A stretch of 64,000 nt of DNA, from the IMG/VR virus record IMGVR_UViG_2786546795_000004; one strand, 5' to 3'. A program made the translations under genes and the position numbers. Position 1 is the stretch's first letter. Each line of letters starts with the position of its first letter. Below, piece after piece: positions 1-11,208 of the stretch. The notes below the pieces were generated by a model, which did no database searches, had not been told where the DNA came from, and worked only from the letters and a program-made list of their open reading frames with translations. The stretch is from an uncultured virus (IMG/VR IMGVR_UViG_2786546795_000004). Taxonomy: Duplodnaviria > Heunggongvirae > Uroviricota > Caudoviricetes.

Positions 1-1
1 T

Positions 2-3000
2 ACTATTAAGAGAATCATATCCCAAAGCAATATTTCCCATACCAGTAGTTAGTGAGTCAAGAGAATGAGTACCAACACCTACATTGTAGATACCACTTGT
101 TAATACTTTGAATACATCTTTTCCTATACCTACATTGTCTGTTGCTGAGTTTAGTGTTCCCGTTGGTGGGGCTGCACCATCGGGAGATATAAGAATACTG
201 TCTGTAAAATTACTAATGTTAGATATTACATCATCGAATGAGTTTATTGAACCCGAAGCACCAGCAGGTCCTGTAGGTCCTGTAGGTCCTGTACCTCCTG
301 CTGACCCTGTAGGCCCAGTTGGGCCAGTAGGACCTGTGCTTCCATCAGAACCGTCGCTTCCATCGCTACCTGCGGGACCTGTGGGTCCCGTAGGGCCTGT
401 CGGGCCTGTACCACCACTAGGTCCTGTAGGGCCGGTAGCACCTGCTGGTATAGTAAAGGCGAAAACCTTTGCCGTAGCAGGACCGGAAGAAGATACGGCT
501 ATTGGTCCTGTCGAAGCGGTAGGCGTTCCAAAGCCAGCAGCCGTTCCTGTAGGTCCGGTAGGACCTGTTGGTCCTGTGCTTCCATCCGAACCATCTGAAC
601 CGTCACTTCCGGCGGGGCCAGTTGGTCCCGTTGGTCCCGTTGGGCCAGTAGGCCCAGTCGGCCCTGTTGCCCCTGCGGGTATTGAGAAAGCGAAAACCTT
701 TGCGGTTGCTGGACCGGAGGCCGTAATTCCTATGGGTCCTGTGCTTGCAGTAGGCGTACCAAATCCGGCTGCTGTACCAGTTGGTCCTGTCGGTCCGGTA
801 GGACCAGTACCTCCGTCTGAACCATCAGAGCCAGCAGGTCCAGTTGGGCCTGTAGGTCCAGTAGGACCTGTAGGTCCTGTTGACCCGTCACTTCCGTCCG
901 ACCCCGCTGGTCCCGTAGGGCCTGTGGGTCCTGTCGGTCCAGTTGAGCCAGTAGGTCCAGCGGGGCCAGTAGGACCTGTTGCGCCCGCATCTCCTGTTCT
1001 AGCAAAGGTAATAAATACATCATCATCACCCGAAAATGGGCTTGCTGCTGATGAAGCAACATTGGCTACTGTAACTTTGAAGTAACCCGACGCATCTACT
1101 AATGAAGCGATAGTAAATAACAAGAAGTCTGATTGGTCAGATTTCTTACTAATTTTCAAATGACCCTTAATAGTAGATGTAGAGTCATCAATAGTTTGAA
1201 GGAAAGAGGATATGTCGTCGCTGTTCTTATCATCGTCGTCTATGTAGAGAATAGTAGCAGATGTTTGAGTGCTAAAGTTGTTAAATCTAAAGAAACCAGC
1301 ACCCGGCGCAGAATCGGTAGTGTGAGATGATGTATCATAGTGGAAAGTAGCCCCACCAAATGCACCATCCGGTCCTGTTGGTCCTGTAGGACCAGTCGGT
1401 CCGGTAGGCCCTGTCGGTCCTGTGCTACCACTAGGCCCACTAGGCCCTGTCGGTCCTGTTGACCCATCGCTTCCATCTGAACCATCGCTACCAGCGGGTC
1501 CACTAGGACCCGTTGGACCACTTGGGCCTGTAGGACCTGTTGCACCGGAAGGAATACTAAATGCAAAGACCTTTGCTGTGTCCGGCCCACTTGCTGTTAT
1601 ACCTATGGGTCCGGTGCTTGCTGTTGGCGTTCCAAAACCAGCCGCAGCACCTGCTGAACCATCACTACCGTCTGACCCATCTGAACCAGCAGGTCCGGTA
1701 GGACCCGTTGGTCCTGTCGCACCTGCCGGTATAGAAAAGGCAAACACTTTAGCCGTGTCGGGACCACTAGCAGTAACCCCTATTGACCCCGTACTAGCGG
1801 TAGGTGTTCCAAACCCTGCGGCGGTTCCGGTTGGTCCGGTAGGTCCTGTGCTTCCGTCTGACCCGTCTGACCCGTCTGAACCGGCAGGACCCGATGGTCC
1901 AGTCGGTCCGGTAGGTCCCGTAGGTCCGGTGGGGCCTGTCGCGCCCGCAGGAATACTAAACGCAAATACTTTAGCAGTAGCAGGACCGGATGCGGTAATA
2001 CCGATAGGTCCCGTACTTGCAGTAGGTGTGCCGAATCCAGCCGCCGCACCAGCGGGACCAGTTGAACCACCGGGGCCGGTAGGACCCGTAGGCCCTGTTC
2101 CACCGGCAGGACCAGTTGGTCCGGTTGAACCATCTGAGCCATCAGACCCGTCTGAGCCAGCAGGTCCCGACGGACCTGTAGGGCCTTGAGAGCCTGTTGG
2201 ACCCGCAGGTCCGGTAGGACCAGTAGGCCCTGTAGAACCCGTATCACCCTTATCTCCTGTGCGCGCAAATGTTACTGCTACATCTTCCCCATCGCTAAAT
2301 GGGGCAGAAGCAGAAGAATCTACGGTGCTAATAGTTATGTCGAAATATCCGCTTTCCTCTGTTAATGAGGATATGGTGTGTAGTGTGAATTGTGATGAAT
2401 CAGTTAGATTACTGATTTTAACATGACCCTTGATAGTAGAAGTAGAATCATCTATTGTGCGTAAGAAAGACTGAATATCAGTTCCATCGAGGTCGCTGTC
2501 GTCAATGTATATTCCAGTTGCCCCGCTTTGTGTTGCGTTATCTAACCTAATCTTTCCCGCGCCGGGGTCGGCTTTTGAAGTGGTTGTGGAAAAATCATAT
2601 TTGAAAGTTGCACCGCCAAAGGAACCTTGAGCGCCGGTAGGGCCAGTAGGACCCGTTGAACCACCCGGTCCTGTCGGCCCTGTCGGCCCTGTTGGGCCTG
2701 TGGGGCCGGTTGAACCATCGCTTCCATCTGAGCCGTCTGAACCTGCGGGACCGGAGGGTCCGGTAGGACCTGTCGGTCCAGCGGGACCTGTCGGTCCTGT
2801 GCCGCCGTCTGAACCATCGCTACCAGCCGGACCTGTCGGTCCTGTAGCACCAGCAGGAATCGTAAACGCGAAAACCTTAGCGGTGTCCGGTCCACTACCT
2901 GTTACTGCAATAGGTCCCGTTGAAGCAGTCGGTGTCCCAAAACCTGCCGCAGTCCCCGTAGGTCCTGTGGGTCCTGTTGAACCATCGCTACCATCCGACC

Positions 3001-4384
3001 CTGCCGGACCCGATGGTCCGGTCGGCCCTGTTGGTCCTGTCGAACCGTCAGAGCCATCTGAACCCGCTGGTCCACTAGGTCCACTAGGGCCTGTTGGACC
3101 CGTTGGTCCTGTCGGTCCCGTTGCCCCCGCAGGTATAGTAAATGCGAAGACCTTAGCAGTTGCAGGTCCGCTTGAAGAAACTGCAATTGGGCCTGTGCTT
3201 GCGGTTGGTGTACCGAATCCTGCGGCAGCACCAGTAGAGCCTGTTGGCCCACTTGGTCCTGTGGGGCCTGTAGAACCTGCCGGTCCCGTTGGACCAGTTG
3301 ACCCATCAGAGCCGTCGGAACCATCTGAACCTGCCGGCCCCTGTGACCCTGTAGGTCCATTAGGACCTGCTGGGCCTGTGGGACCTGTGGGACCAGTTGG
3401 GCCTGTCGGACCAGTAGGTCCGGCTGGGCCTGTGTCTCCAGCAGACGCTAAAAGACTCCAATAAGAAGCATTAGTTGGTAAAATAGAGCCGGAAGAAGTG
3501 TGTGCTTGAATACAAATATAAGAAGATTCGTTAGTAGTGTAGTATACAGCGTCATCTACAGCATACGCAGTAGATGTAGCCCAGTTACCTTTCCAAACTA
3601 AACCTTCGGGTCCCGTACTTCCTGCCGGACCAGTAGGTCCTGTAGGACCGGCTGAACCAGTAGGTCCCGATGGCCCAGTTGGGCCTGTAGGTCCTGCCGG
3701 ACCATCACTACCTGTAGGTCCCGATGGCCCCGTTAATCCGATAGAGCCTGTTGGTCCCGCTGGACCTGCTGGCCCCGTAGGGCCTGTGCTTCCCGTCGGT
3801 CCATTAGGGCCTGTGCTTCCTTGCGCCCCAGTATCTCCTTGTGCGCCAGCAGGACCAGTAGGACCAGTAGGACCAGTTGACCCCGTAGGCCCCGATGGGC
3901 CGGTAGGTCCAGTTGGGCCTGTAGCACCAGTTACTCCAACGGAAGAAAAGATATACCAAGTATCTGTAGCAGTTTTTTTGATAACTGCTGTGCCGTATTG
4001 TCCGACCGTAGCAGTTCCATTAATTGTTACGCCGCTACCTGCGGCGATTGTTAGTGTTCCTGCGCCTCTGTTCATAACCTTTAGTTCGGCTTTGTCTGCC
4101 GGATAAGAAATGCTACTGTTAGGAGGAACAGTAAATGTAATACTAGAACCTTTATTAGCCATTACTACTCGGCCTTCATCAGTTCTTGTGAATGTGTAAT
4201 CTGTAGTTTTTGTTACTACTGGTCTTACATCAGCAGATTGACCTGCTAGTGTTGACCCGTCTCCAAAGAAGACGAAACCGCTATCTGCGTCTTTGAATAA
4301 CTGTGCGGCGTGTGGTGTTACAGTTACCCTATCGGCTTCTGTAGTGAATATAAGATTTTTATTGTCTGTTAAAACATCCACCAT
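2..4384 (-). CDS. Giant collagen-like tail/capsid fibre protein (>1461 aa, 3' end outside window)
   Basis: Hand translation from ATG 4384 ([13 protein letters not shown]...). The same frame is open at both ends read and matches all four antisense Pro-rich ORFs. Contains long GPT/GxY triplet tracts, a [28 protein letters not shown] module, repeated globular inserts, and NVGIG/NVGVG/NIALG repeats near base 1. Absent from the ORF track because the stop lies outside the window. Confidence 0.9.
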   Translation of the reverse strand, partial: MVDVLTDNKNLIFTTEADRVTVTPHAAQLFKDADSGFVFFGDGSTLAGQSADVRPVVTKTTDYTFTRTDEGRVVMANKGSSITFTVPPNSSISYPADKAELKVMNRGAGTLTIAAGSGVTINGTATVGQYGTAVIKKTATDTWYIFSSVGVTGATGPTGPTGPSGPTGSTGPTGPTGPAGAQGDTGAQGSTGPNGPTGSTGPTGPAGPAGPTGSIGLTGPSGPTGSDGPAGPTGPTGPSGPTGSAGPTGPTGPAGSTGPEGLVWKGNWATSTAYAVDDAVYYTTNESSYICIQAHTSSGSILPTNASYWSLLASAGDTGPAGPTGPTGPTGPTGPTGPAGPNGPTGSQGPAGSDGSDGSDGSTGPTGPAGSTGPTGPSGPTGSTGAAAGFGTPTASTGPIAVSSSGPATAKVFAFTIPAGATGPTGPTGPTGPSGPSGPAGSDGSDGSTGPTGPTGPSGPAGSDGSDGSTGPTGPTGTAAGFGTPTASTGPIAVTGSGPDTAKVFAFTIPAGATGPTGPAGSDGSDGGTGPTGPAGPTGPTGPSGPAGSDGSDGSDGSTGPTGPTGPTGPTGPGGSTGPTGPTGAQGSFGGATFKYDFSTTTSKADPGAGKIRLDNATQSGATGIYIDDSDLDGTDIQSFLRTIDDSTSTIKGHVKISNLTDSSQFTLHTISSLTEESGYFDITISTVDSSASAPFSDGEDVAVTFARTGDKGDTGSTGPTGPTGPAGPTGSQGPTGPSGPAGSDGSDGSDGSTGPTGPAGGTGPTGPTGPGGSTGPAGAAAGFGTPTASTGPIGITASGPATAKVFAFSIPAGATGPTGPTGPTGPTGPSGPAGSDGSDGSDGSTGPTGPTGTAAGFGTPTASTGSIGVTASGPDTAKVFAFSIPAGATGPTGPTGPAGSDGSDGSDGSAGAAAGFGTPTASTGPIGITASGPDTAKVFAFSIPSGATGPTGPSGPTGPSGPAGSDGSDGSDGSTGPTGPSGPSGSTGPTGPTGPTGPTGPTGPDGAFGGATFHYDTSSHTTDSAPGAGFFRFNNFSTQTSATILYIDDDDKNSDDISSFLQTIDDSTSTIKGHLKISKKSDQSDFLLFTIASLVDASGYFKVTVANVASSAASPFSGDDDVFITFARTGDAGATGPTGPAGPTGSTGPTGPTGPTGPAGSDGSDGSTGPTGPTGPTGPTGPAGSDGSDGGTGPTGPTGPTGTAAGFGTPTASTGPIGITASGPATAKVFAFSIPAGATGPTGPTGPTGPTGPTGPAGSDGSDGSDGSTGPTGPTGPTGTAAGFGTPTASTGPIAVSSSGPATAKVFAFTIPAGATGPTGPSGGTGPTGPTGPTGPAGSDGSDGSDGSTGPTGPTGPTGSAGGTGPTGPTGPAGASGSINSFDDVISNISNFTDSILISPDGAAPPTGTLNSATDNVGIGKDVFKVLTSGIYNVGVGTHSLDSLTTGMGNIALGYDSLNS

Positions 4385-4411
4385 GCTACTCGCCCCTGTT
4401 TATTATCAATC

Positions 4412-4630
4412 TCAAGTCATCCATAAAGGTTTGGTAGGCATATTATTATATGCCGTGTCTGCGTCATCATAGTTTTGCGGTAAATCTAATAAAGCAGACC
4501 TATAATTACGCAATTCTGTTTTTTGTGTATCGGTAAGACCTTCCCATAAAATAACCAATTGGTAAAGGTCCATAAGCCTAAGTAAAGTATCTCTTTCGCC
4601 TCTTAATTCTTCCCAATCCATATCAATCAT
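4412..4630 (-). CDS. Tail fibre assembly chaperone-like protein
   Basis: LRGERDTLL..D...W..LT..Q..EL..YR.ALLDLPQ...P.KP.W pattern typical of small phage tail-assembly chaperones; adjacent to fibre genes. Confidence 0.7.
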   Translation of the reverse strand: MIDMDWEELRGERDTLLRLMDLYQLVILWEGLTDTQKTELRNYRSALLDLPQNYDDADTAYNNMPTKPLWMT

Positions 4631-6179
4631 ACCTCACATAAAGGATAACATTTACATTACCAAACACCAAAGAACCTGCGGTTCTTCTCACCTGTAGTTG
4701 GTCATTTGCAGCAAATGATATAGAAAGACCTGTAGTAGTGTAGGTATAGTTAGTTCCGTTTGTGTTAGTCATATCATTTCTTGAAAATAGTATGTTAGTT
4801 CCGGAACCACCGTTAGTTCTTACCTCAAATGTTTGATTGTTAGCATCGGCACTAATGGATGTACCACCACTTGAAATAGAAAACGCGATAACCTTACCTG
4901 CTGCGGCCATAGGGTAAGCGTTTAATGACGAAGAAGAAGCGGCAGCAGCCACCGACCTTAAATCATAAGCGTTGTTACCCAACGAATCTCTTTGGTAAAT
5001 AAAGGGTAATGATAGATTTAAGTCATTTACCAACACTACTCGATTCATGCCGTCGCCACATAGAACAGTATTCTTAGTAAGCGTTTGTCGGCCCGTCCCC
5101 CCATGAAACACAGGTGTGTTACTTGAATCACCAATGCTTTCGTATATACCATCAGCAGTTTGTCTAAAGTTCCAGTCGCCCTGCACCGTTGGTCGCTTTA
5201 CACTCCTAATAGCAACGGCCTTTGTTCCACTTGACGGGCCGTAAAATCTTCCTCCATCTGATATAACAAGTTCATTACACTCAAGTGTAAGCCCAGCACT
5301 AACTAGCCAGTAATTTGAAGAACTGTCGTTATTTTCGATAATTACTTTGTGATATTGAGTATAGAAATTATTAGTTGTGTCGTTACCAAACGCGGCACTT
5401 TTTAGTTCGCCAGTAACAGGAAATGTTACAGAGCCTGTTCCACTACTTCTGTAGGTTTTGAATCTCGCAGTAGTGTGCCCAAACTGGAAGTATTCTCCTA
5501 GACTGGTAAGGTCCTTCTCAAAGTAATACTCCTTTTCGTAATCATAGATATTGAAAGAGGAGGATTTAACTTGACCACCATTGAAATTAAGAATATCTAC
5601 TGAACCATAAGTGTTAAACTCGGTTTTTGCGTTATCAGAATATATGCGCTTTGCATATAGTATTCCCGTAAAGGTAACATTTGGGTAAACACCGTCTACC
5701 ATAGAAAAGTTCTGAGAACCGAAGTTAAATGTCGTGTTTGCTCTTGCATCTGTATTTTCAAACACAGAAGAAGTCATACCACTACTAAAGACAACAAATG
5801 GTTTATATGAGTAAGATGTTCCATTACCGTCATATACTGTTGTTGAAGGCGCAGCATTAAAGTCAAATGTTAGCGCGTGTCCGTTTTTAATACAGGCTGG
5901 TTTATTTATGGTAATTATACCTTCTAGGTTTACCTCACAAGCAGCACCAGTCTGTATCTGCTTTGTAAAGTCTGACCCTATAGTTATAGAGTTTAGGTCG
6001 TTACCGTCTTCCGGAAATGTAGGTGCGCTTGTCGTAAAGTTTAACACACAGTGATTACCGCTATCAGAAGTAGCATCGAATACTACATCGTCACCGCCTA
6101 CTGGTATAGCGCCGGTACTCCAATTGGCCGGGTCACTTGAGTTGGTACTTTCGGACCCATCCCACTTAACTGTACCCAT
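4623..6179 (-). CDS. Virion structural/fibre protein (beta-rich)
   Basis: 518 aa, rich in Ser/Thr/Gly/Asn; N-terminal W.G...D..NW..G..P...DDV.F motif; C-terminal jelly-roll-like segment; lies in the structural operon. Confidence 0.55.
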   Translation of the reverse strand: MGTVKWDGSESTNSSDPANWSTGAIPVGGDDVVFDATSDSGNHCVLNFTTSAPTFPEDGNDLNSITIGSDFTKQIQTGAACEVNLEGIITINKPACIKNGHALTFDFNAAPSTTVYDGNGTSYSYKPFVVFSSGMTSSVFENTDARANTTFNFGSQNFSMVDGVYPNVTFTGILYAKRIYSDNAKTEFNTYGSVDILNFNGGQVKSSSFNIYDYEKEYYFEKDLTSLGEYFQFGHTTARFKTYRSSGTGSVTFPVTGELKSAAFGNDTTNNFYTQYHKVIIENNDSSSNYWLVSAGLTLECNELVISDGGRFYGPSSGTKAVAIRSVKRPTVQGDWNFRQTADGIYESIGDSSNTPVFHGGTGRQTLTKNTVLCGDGMNRVVLVNDLNLSLPFIYQRDSLGNNAYDLRSVAAAASSSSLNAYPMAAAGKVIAFSISSGGTSISADANNQTFEVRTNGGSGTNILFSRNDMTNTNGTNYTYTTTGLSISFAANDQLQVRRTAGSLVFGNVNVILYVRYD

Positions 6180-6188
6180 TTATTCCCC

Positions 6189-6671
6189 TCACTCATAGAG
6201 TGAGCCGGATAGTTGACCGCTTTTTGTTCCACTCACTTTAGCAGCGGTAGCCTTCTTATAGAAGGCAGTAGCGCCCACTTCCTCTATCACTCTCAAAGCA
6301 TCCTCTGCTTGTTTTTCAAACGAAGCCAATTGCTTATTAAAACGAATATCAGACACTCCCTGTTCCTTTTCGGGAACAACTGCTGGTATAGTATCAACAA
6401 GAACTCGTAGGCAATCAACACAAACAACCATTTTTACAGCAGTTTCTATTTCTGCCGTAGTTGGTGCGTTTGTTGAATTGACCCCAACATAATTAGCCTT
6501 TCGTGATTTCTTAGCAATCTGTGTGTTGCGAAGATTCACATATTCGATAATAGTCCCACTATTCAAACCGCGAGGATGATTTAGAAGGGCACGAATAGAA
6601 TTAACGGTGATATTAGTGCTGAAAAGGGTGTCGCCGTCTTCAATTACTAAGTCTCCCATTAAATAAGCCAA
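6189..6671 (-). CDS. Putative head-tail adaptor protein
   Basis: 160 aa helical protein two genes downstream of the MCP; positional inference. Confidence 0.4.
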   Translation of the reverse strand: MAYLMGDLVIEDGDTLFSTNITVNSIRALLNHPRGLNSGTIIEYVNLRNTQIAKKSRKANYVGVNSTNAPTTAEIETAVKMVVCVDCLRVLVDTIPAVVPEKEQGVSDIRFNKQLASFEKQAEDALRVIEEVGATAFYKKATAAKVSGTKSGQLSGSLYE

Positions 6672-6680
6672 TTAACCACC

Positions 6681-7100
6681 TCACGCATCAAATCGTTGTT
6701 CATAGTCCGATGGAACATCAATAACTACCATGTTACTTGAAGGTTCCTGCGCTCGGCCTACTACAACGACTCTGCGTGTAGCAATAATCATATCAGTCAT
6801 ATCGCTATCGGGCAGCCAGTATAGGGCTTTTCTTGGAGAATCAAGAAGGCTTAGGGGATGATTAGCGTATCTTCCACCAGCGTTGCGGTGTATGCGTATC
6901 ATGTAACCCATGCCGGATTTCCAATACCTTAGCCTATGCTCAATCTCTGATGCTTCGGCTGATTCCGGTAAAGGAATACCCTTTTCCTTAAGCGCAGAAA
7001 CCATAGCAGCCTTTGTAGGCCCCTTTGGCTTTGCCGCCTTTTTAGGTTTAGGTTCTGCCTTTTTAGGGGCAACCTTCTTTTTTGTAGTTTTCTTAGCCAT
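6681..7100 (-). CDS. Hypothetical protein with Lys-rich N-terminus and HeH/LEM-like segment
   Basis: KKTTKKK low-complexity head, then TKAAMVSALKEKGIPLPESA..SEI..RL; immediately after the MCP. Confidence 0.5.
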   Translation of the reverse strand: MAKKTTKKKVAPKKAEPKPKKAAKPKGPTKAAMVSALKEKGIPLPESAEASEIEHRLRYWKSGMGYMIRIHRNAGGRYANHPLSLLDSPRKALYWLPDSDMTDMIIATRRVVVVGRAQEPSSNMVVIDVPSDYEQRFDA

Positions 7101-7117
7101 TTAAGCCCGCCCCTTAT

Positions 7118-8026
7118 TCAAGAGCGCACTCCGGTCAACTTAACTATCCTATGGGTCTTATCAGCACTTGCGCCATCTTGGTGTTCGTGGATAACGCTTC
7201 CCATGTAAGAAGTTAGTAGCCAGTCGAAACCTACTCCGGGTAGTCTTGTTAGTTCGGTTTCTTGGAAACCTGCGCCGTTGTAAGTAAAGAACTCAGCAGT
7301 TTCTGCGCCGGGAACCAAAAGTAGTGCATCGTTACCGATTGCATTTCCGCTTCCGTAATCCCTTGTGTAGTAAATGGTTAGGCTTGCGATGCGAGCCAAG
7401 TGGTCGCCTAGTGACTCAACAACGTTTCCGTAAAGAGTTGTGTTGAGAATAGCGCTTCTCTTGTCTGCTGGAAGGACTAGAGCGAGTGGCTCGTTTCCGC
7501 TAACCTTTGCGTTAGCGAAGATATCGTCCATAGCCTTTAGAATGTCGCCTTCCTCATCTGCGGAAGCGTGCCCAAAGACCTGTGTGCAAGCAACTGAGTT
7601 ATCTGCCCCACCTGCTAGTGTTGTTAGTATGTGGTTGTCGATGGTGTCTGCTCTTGCGCGGACAATTCCCATCTGTTGCCTGTCGATGTTCTCAAAGGAT
7701 TCTCCTCTTAGTCTTACTGCGTCAAGGAAAGTAACTCTACCCTGTCCCTTCTCTAACTTGGTGCTGTAGTTAGCAGTTCCAATGTTGGTTGGGTCAGTTA
7801 GGGCCACATCGTCCAATGGGTAGGAGAATGTTCCAATAACTCCTGTGTACCATGTGAAATCGAGCCATCCAACTGAGCGAACTCCTACGAGGTCAGTTGC
7901 GATAGCGATTGTGTTTGATTGTAGTTGAATAAAGTCTCTTAGAGTTTGCTCTAGGACTGAATCGCCGGGGGCGAATGGTCCTACTGCTGCTTCTACATTT
8001 AGTATTTGTTCTAGTGTTTGATTCAT
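7118..8026 (-). CDS. Major capsid protein (HK97-fold)
   Basis: 302 aa; canonical position after protease and decoration genes; GAGGTGA SD upstream; size and composition consistent with an HK97 MCP. Confidence 0.7.
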   Translation of the reverse strand: MNQTLEQILNVEAAVGPFAPGDSVLEQTLRDFIQLQSNTIAIATDLVGVRSVGWLDFTWYTGVIGTFSYPLDDVALTDPTNIGTANYSTKLEKGQGRVTFLDAVRLRGESFENIDRQQMGIVRARADTIDNHILTTLAGGADNSVACTQVFGHASADEEGDILKAMDDIFANAKVSGNEPLALVLPADKRSAILNTTLYGNVVESLGDHLARIASLTIYYTRDYGSGNAIGNDALLLVPGAETAEFFTYNGAGFQETELTRLPGVGFDWLLTSYMGSVIHEHQDGASADKTHRIVKLTGVRS

Positions 8027-8061
8027 TTTTCTTCACCTCTTATCTCCATATTGTTTTACGA

Positions 8062-8472
8062 TTAACACCAAACTGGTATCATATCTCCTGCGCTGATTGC
8101 GCTTTCGTCACCACAGTAATAGCCGATAAAGACTGCGGAGTTGGATGAATCATCATCACAAGTTCCGTTATCAGAAGCGGTCTGTGAAGTGTAAATTGAA
8201 AGTCCGAACTTTGGTGCAGAGATTGCGTTAGCAACCTTTAGGTAAACTAATCCATCCAAAGGTAGGATAGATGCAGTTCCTGTTCCTGCTGCTTCTAGTG
8301 CTTGGTCCTCTCCGCGAGAGGATTCTGCTGCCGTGTAACCGATTGGTGTATCTGTTACAGAGGCGGTCATTAGAAGTCCGCTTGCGTCGTACTTAACAAG
8401 CAAACCCTTGCTTGCGAAAGTCTCTTGTATGTCTACTGCGTGTCTTGGGTCGTTTCCGGAATATTGTACCAT
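8062..8472 (-). CDS. Capsid decoration/cement-like protein
   Basis: 136 aa, small-residue-rich beta protein between protease and MCP (G.LVK...PIGYT...GLVYL). Confidence 0.5.
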   Translation of the reverse strand: MVQYSGNDPRHAVDIQETFASKGLLVKYDASGLLMTASVTDTPIGYTAAESSRGEDQALEAAGTGTASILPLDGLVYLKVANAISAPKFGLSIYTSQTASDNGTCDDDSSNSAVFIGYYCGDESAISAGDMIPVWC

Positions 8473-8473
8473 C

Positions 8474-10306
8474 TTAGTTCATCTCCTTTAGGTCTGCGTA
8501 GCGAGGGGCGCTCATCTTTCGGCGCTCATCGGTAGCGAGTGTTTGGTTCCATGCTGATGCCCAAGCATTCCATGCCTTTGCATATATTTTCTCGTCATTC
8601 TTGACGACACGACCGTTTAGGTAGTTTTCTACCATTACTGCGTCTTCGGAAGCCTCGACTGTCTCTGCGACAGGCTTTACTTCTGATTCCACAGGGGTCA
8701 TCTCGACTGGAACAGGCTCTGGGTGAGCCTCCTCCCAAGATGCGATAAGAGTTGAAAGAGTCTCTGCTTTGAGGTCATCGTGGCCGGACATACCTAGTTC
8801 GGTAGCCTTCTCCACAAGGGAAATCCTCTCAGCCTCTACTCTGTCGGCCTCTACGCTTTCGTATTCTGCAATTCTGCTTGTAGCCAAAACAAGGTCTGCC
8901 TTAAGCGACTCCATCTCGGCCTCATAATCTATTTCGTTTGTTACTGTATCTTCGGTCATAGCAATCACCGTTGGTTTAATCTCCTCAGATATTGAATGAC
9001 CTATAAACATTTCTTGTGAAGAAGCAGTTGGTAGTTCTTCTTCCTTGTTTATTGTTTTGTATTCTGCTTTTTCCACCGAAGCGCGTTCATACGCCGGTTT
9101 GACCACTAAAGCAAGGTGGTCAAAGGTAAAATCTTCACCAAAAACCAGTCCATCCTCTGATGCTTCTACTGGAATACCGGAACCGCCGATACTCACGCCG
9201 TAACCGTCCTGCATCCAAATGCCATCGTCAAATGACTCAAATAATTCCTCGCGGGTAACATGAGCAACATAACGAACCTCATATCCTCCCTGCGTAGTAA
9301 AGAAAGTAGCACCTACAATAGTACCAACGACGGCTTCTTCAAGTCCGCCATCTGTATTGCGCGTAAAGCCAGCACCTGTTTCATCGGCTTTAGGATGAAG
9401 AAGTGTTAGGTCTGCCCCGTCCATCTGTCTTACAACAGAGATAGCACCTTCCGGTGTAAGCGCCCATTTGTTCTTATTCATGCCTTCGTGGAAAGCGACA
9501 CCACTAATCTCTATAATAGTATTACCAGTATCTGCACTAAGGATAGCCTTACTCTCATCAATATCTAGTTCAAGAGTCACGGCTACCTTTCTACACTCAC
9601 CATCAATCATTTCTTCGCCATATCCACATTCTTCGGCTTTCTTCTTAATTGGTACACAGTTAGGAACCTGCCTACCATTCTTTTCTTTCATGCCGTATTG
9701 TTCGTAGCCCTCTGTGCAGGGGTCGTCTTTCCTTTTTGCTTCGACAGATTCGTCTTTACAACCACATGGTTCTTCGGCTTCAACCTTTTTTCCGCCTCGC
9801 CATTGTCTGCATGACCAGTATCGTGCTTTCCACTTTGGGCCGGGACTATCGCAGTTATGTCTGCTTCTGAAAGACTTTCTCCTTGCGGGGTCGTCTCTTT
9901 TGATTTCCATGTTTGGGTCGCCAAATCTAACAAGAACAACATTACCTTTCTCGTTTTTAGTGTAAACACCGAACTTTTTGTTTGCGCCCTTTGTTCTGAA
10001 TGGTTTGTTAAGTGTGACTTTGCGACCTTGATATTCTGCGGCGCTTACTTCGGTTTCTTCCCAATCTTCGTAGGCTACCTCAGCCCCACAGCACCCACAG
10101 CCACAGTCTTCCGACGCATACTTCTTTTTCTTCTTTTCGTCATCGTCGTAATAACTCTCGACCTCAAACTCATGTCCTTCGTGCGCTTTCATACATTCTT
10201 CTTCTGTATATCCAGCATCTTTACAACGAGTCATGTATTCGTCATGGCTTTCCCCATCTTTAGGTGTAGGTTCAGCAGCCACTTCTGTGCTACAGTCGCA
10301 ACTCAT
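8474..10306 (-). CDS. Prohead protease/scaffold with N-terminal accessory modules
   Basis: Central ISGVAFHEGMNKNKW...LLH...VGTI...VSIG...FDHLALV.KPAY (protease-like); acidic coiled-coil C-terminus (scaffold); N-terminal Cys-rich modules. Confidence 0.7.
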   Translation of the reverse strand: MSCDCSTEVAAEPTPKDGESHDEYMTRCKDAGYTEEECMKAHEGHEFEVESYYDDDEKKKKKYASEDCGCGCCGAEVAYEDWEETEVSAAEYQGRKVTLNKPFRTKGANKKFGVYTKNEKGNVVLVRFGDPNMEIKRDDPARRKSFRSRHNCDSPGPKWKARYWSCRQWRGGKKVEAEEPCGCKDESVEAKRKDDPCTEGYEQYGMKEKNGRQVPNCVPIKKKAEECGYGEEMIDGECRKVAVTLELDIDESKAILSADTGNTIIEISGVAFHEGMNKNKWALTPEGAISVVRQMDGADLTLLHPKADETGAGFTRNTDGGLEEAVVGTIVGATFFTTQGGYEVRYVAHVTREELFESFDDGIWMQDGYGVSIGGSGIPVEASEDGLVFGEDFTFDHLALVVKPAYERASVEKAEYKTINKEEELPTASSQEMFIGHSISEEIKPTVIAMTEDTVTNEIDYEAEMESLKADLVLATSRIAEYESVEADRVEAERISLVEKATELGMSGHDDLKAETLSTLIASWEEAHPEPVPVEMTPVESEVKPVAETVEASEDAVMVENYLNGRVVKNDEKIYAKAWNAWASAWNQTLATDERRKMSAPRYADLKEMN

Positions 10307-10332
10307 ACCATACCCACACTAGGGTTGATTTA

Positions 10333-11208
10333 TTAAACTTCTATTACTACATCGAGCCAATCAACAGCCCGATAATAGTTATCATTGAAGCCAAAAGTCC
10401 CGTAAATATCATAATGTCCGGCAGGAACTGCTATTGTTTGATTTACATAATCCCAGTCTTGGTAGTATGTTTCGTAGGTATATTCTTCTTGTATACCAGT
10501 CCAATTTCCTGTTTCGTTAGTATTATTATGGTAAAAGGTCCAAACTAGGGTTAGATTGTGTGGTGCATTATCGCAAGTAAGGTCGGCATCCCAACTAATA
10601 GTCATATTACCGTCGTCGTAATCATAATAGGCTTCCCACATTTCGGGTCTACAGTCTTCCGGTATAGAAACATCATCTTCATATTCGCATGAGCCATCAT
10701 CTTCCTCGGCCCAAGATTCAAAGTTCTCTGCATCCGGGTCTGTGCATCCGTAAAGTGGTTCGTCGCCGCCATATTCACATGACCCATCATCTTCTTCGGC
10801 ATACTCATCGTAATTCTCAGCATGGGGGTCCGTACATCCTCGTTCGGGTAATATCACAGTATTATTACCATTAACTTCTTCGATTTCTTCTTCGGGTTCG
10901 TCTGAACCATCACGACAATTTCTATATCCATCATTAACTAAGGATGCTTGTATCATGGTTCCGTCACCACACTCAAAATCGTCTTCCCATTCCCAATCAG
11001 CGTCTCCTATCCATTCGTCATCACCTTCCCCATAGGGGGTTATGTCGAGAATACCCACCATTTCAACGGCGGGCATAAGTAGCGCTAAGATAGAGCCTAT
11101 AGTGATGATTAGTTGCCTAACCTCAGTCGCCCTCTGATTGATAACTTCAATAATAGAGTCCGCTTCTTCTTGCGTCAATGTAATTACCCTATCCAAAGTT
11201 ACACACAC
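10333..11208 (-). CDS. Membrane-anchored acidic protein with an LDL-receptor class A-like module and two GCTDP..N...DDGSC repeats
   Basis: One hydrophobic segment (LIITIGSILALLMPAV); FECGDG..I....VNDG..NC.DGSDE; GCTDP.A.N(Y/F)...AEEDDGSCEY twice. Start codon uncertain. Confidence 0.75.
   Translation of the reverse strand: MCVTLDRVITLTQEEADSIIEVINQRATEVRQLIITIGSILALLMPAVEMVGILDITPYGEGDDEWIGDADWEWEDDFECGDGTMIQASLVNDGYRNCRDGSDEPEEEIEEVNGNNTVILPERGCTDPHAENYDEYAEEDDGSCEYGGDEPLYGCTDPDAENFESWAEEDDGSCEYEDDVSIPEDCRPEMWEAYYDYDDGNMTISWDADLTCDNAPHNLTLVWTFYHNNTNETGNWTGIQEEYTYETYYQDWDYVNQTIAVPAGHYDIYGTFGFNDNYYRAVDWLDVVIEV

Noticed and set aside
108..4106. Plus-strand Pro/Gly/Val-rich ORFs and off-frame minus-strand Gln/Leu-rich ORFs
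   Set aside because: They are antisense or alternate-frame shadows of the collagen-like gene.
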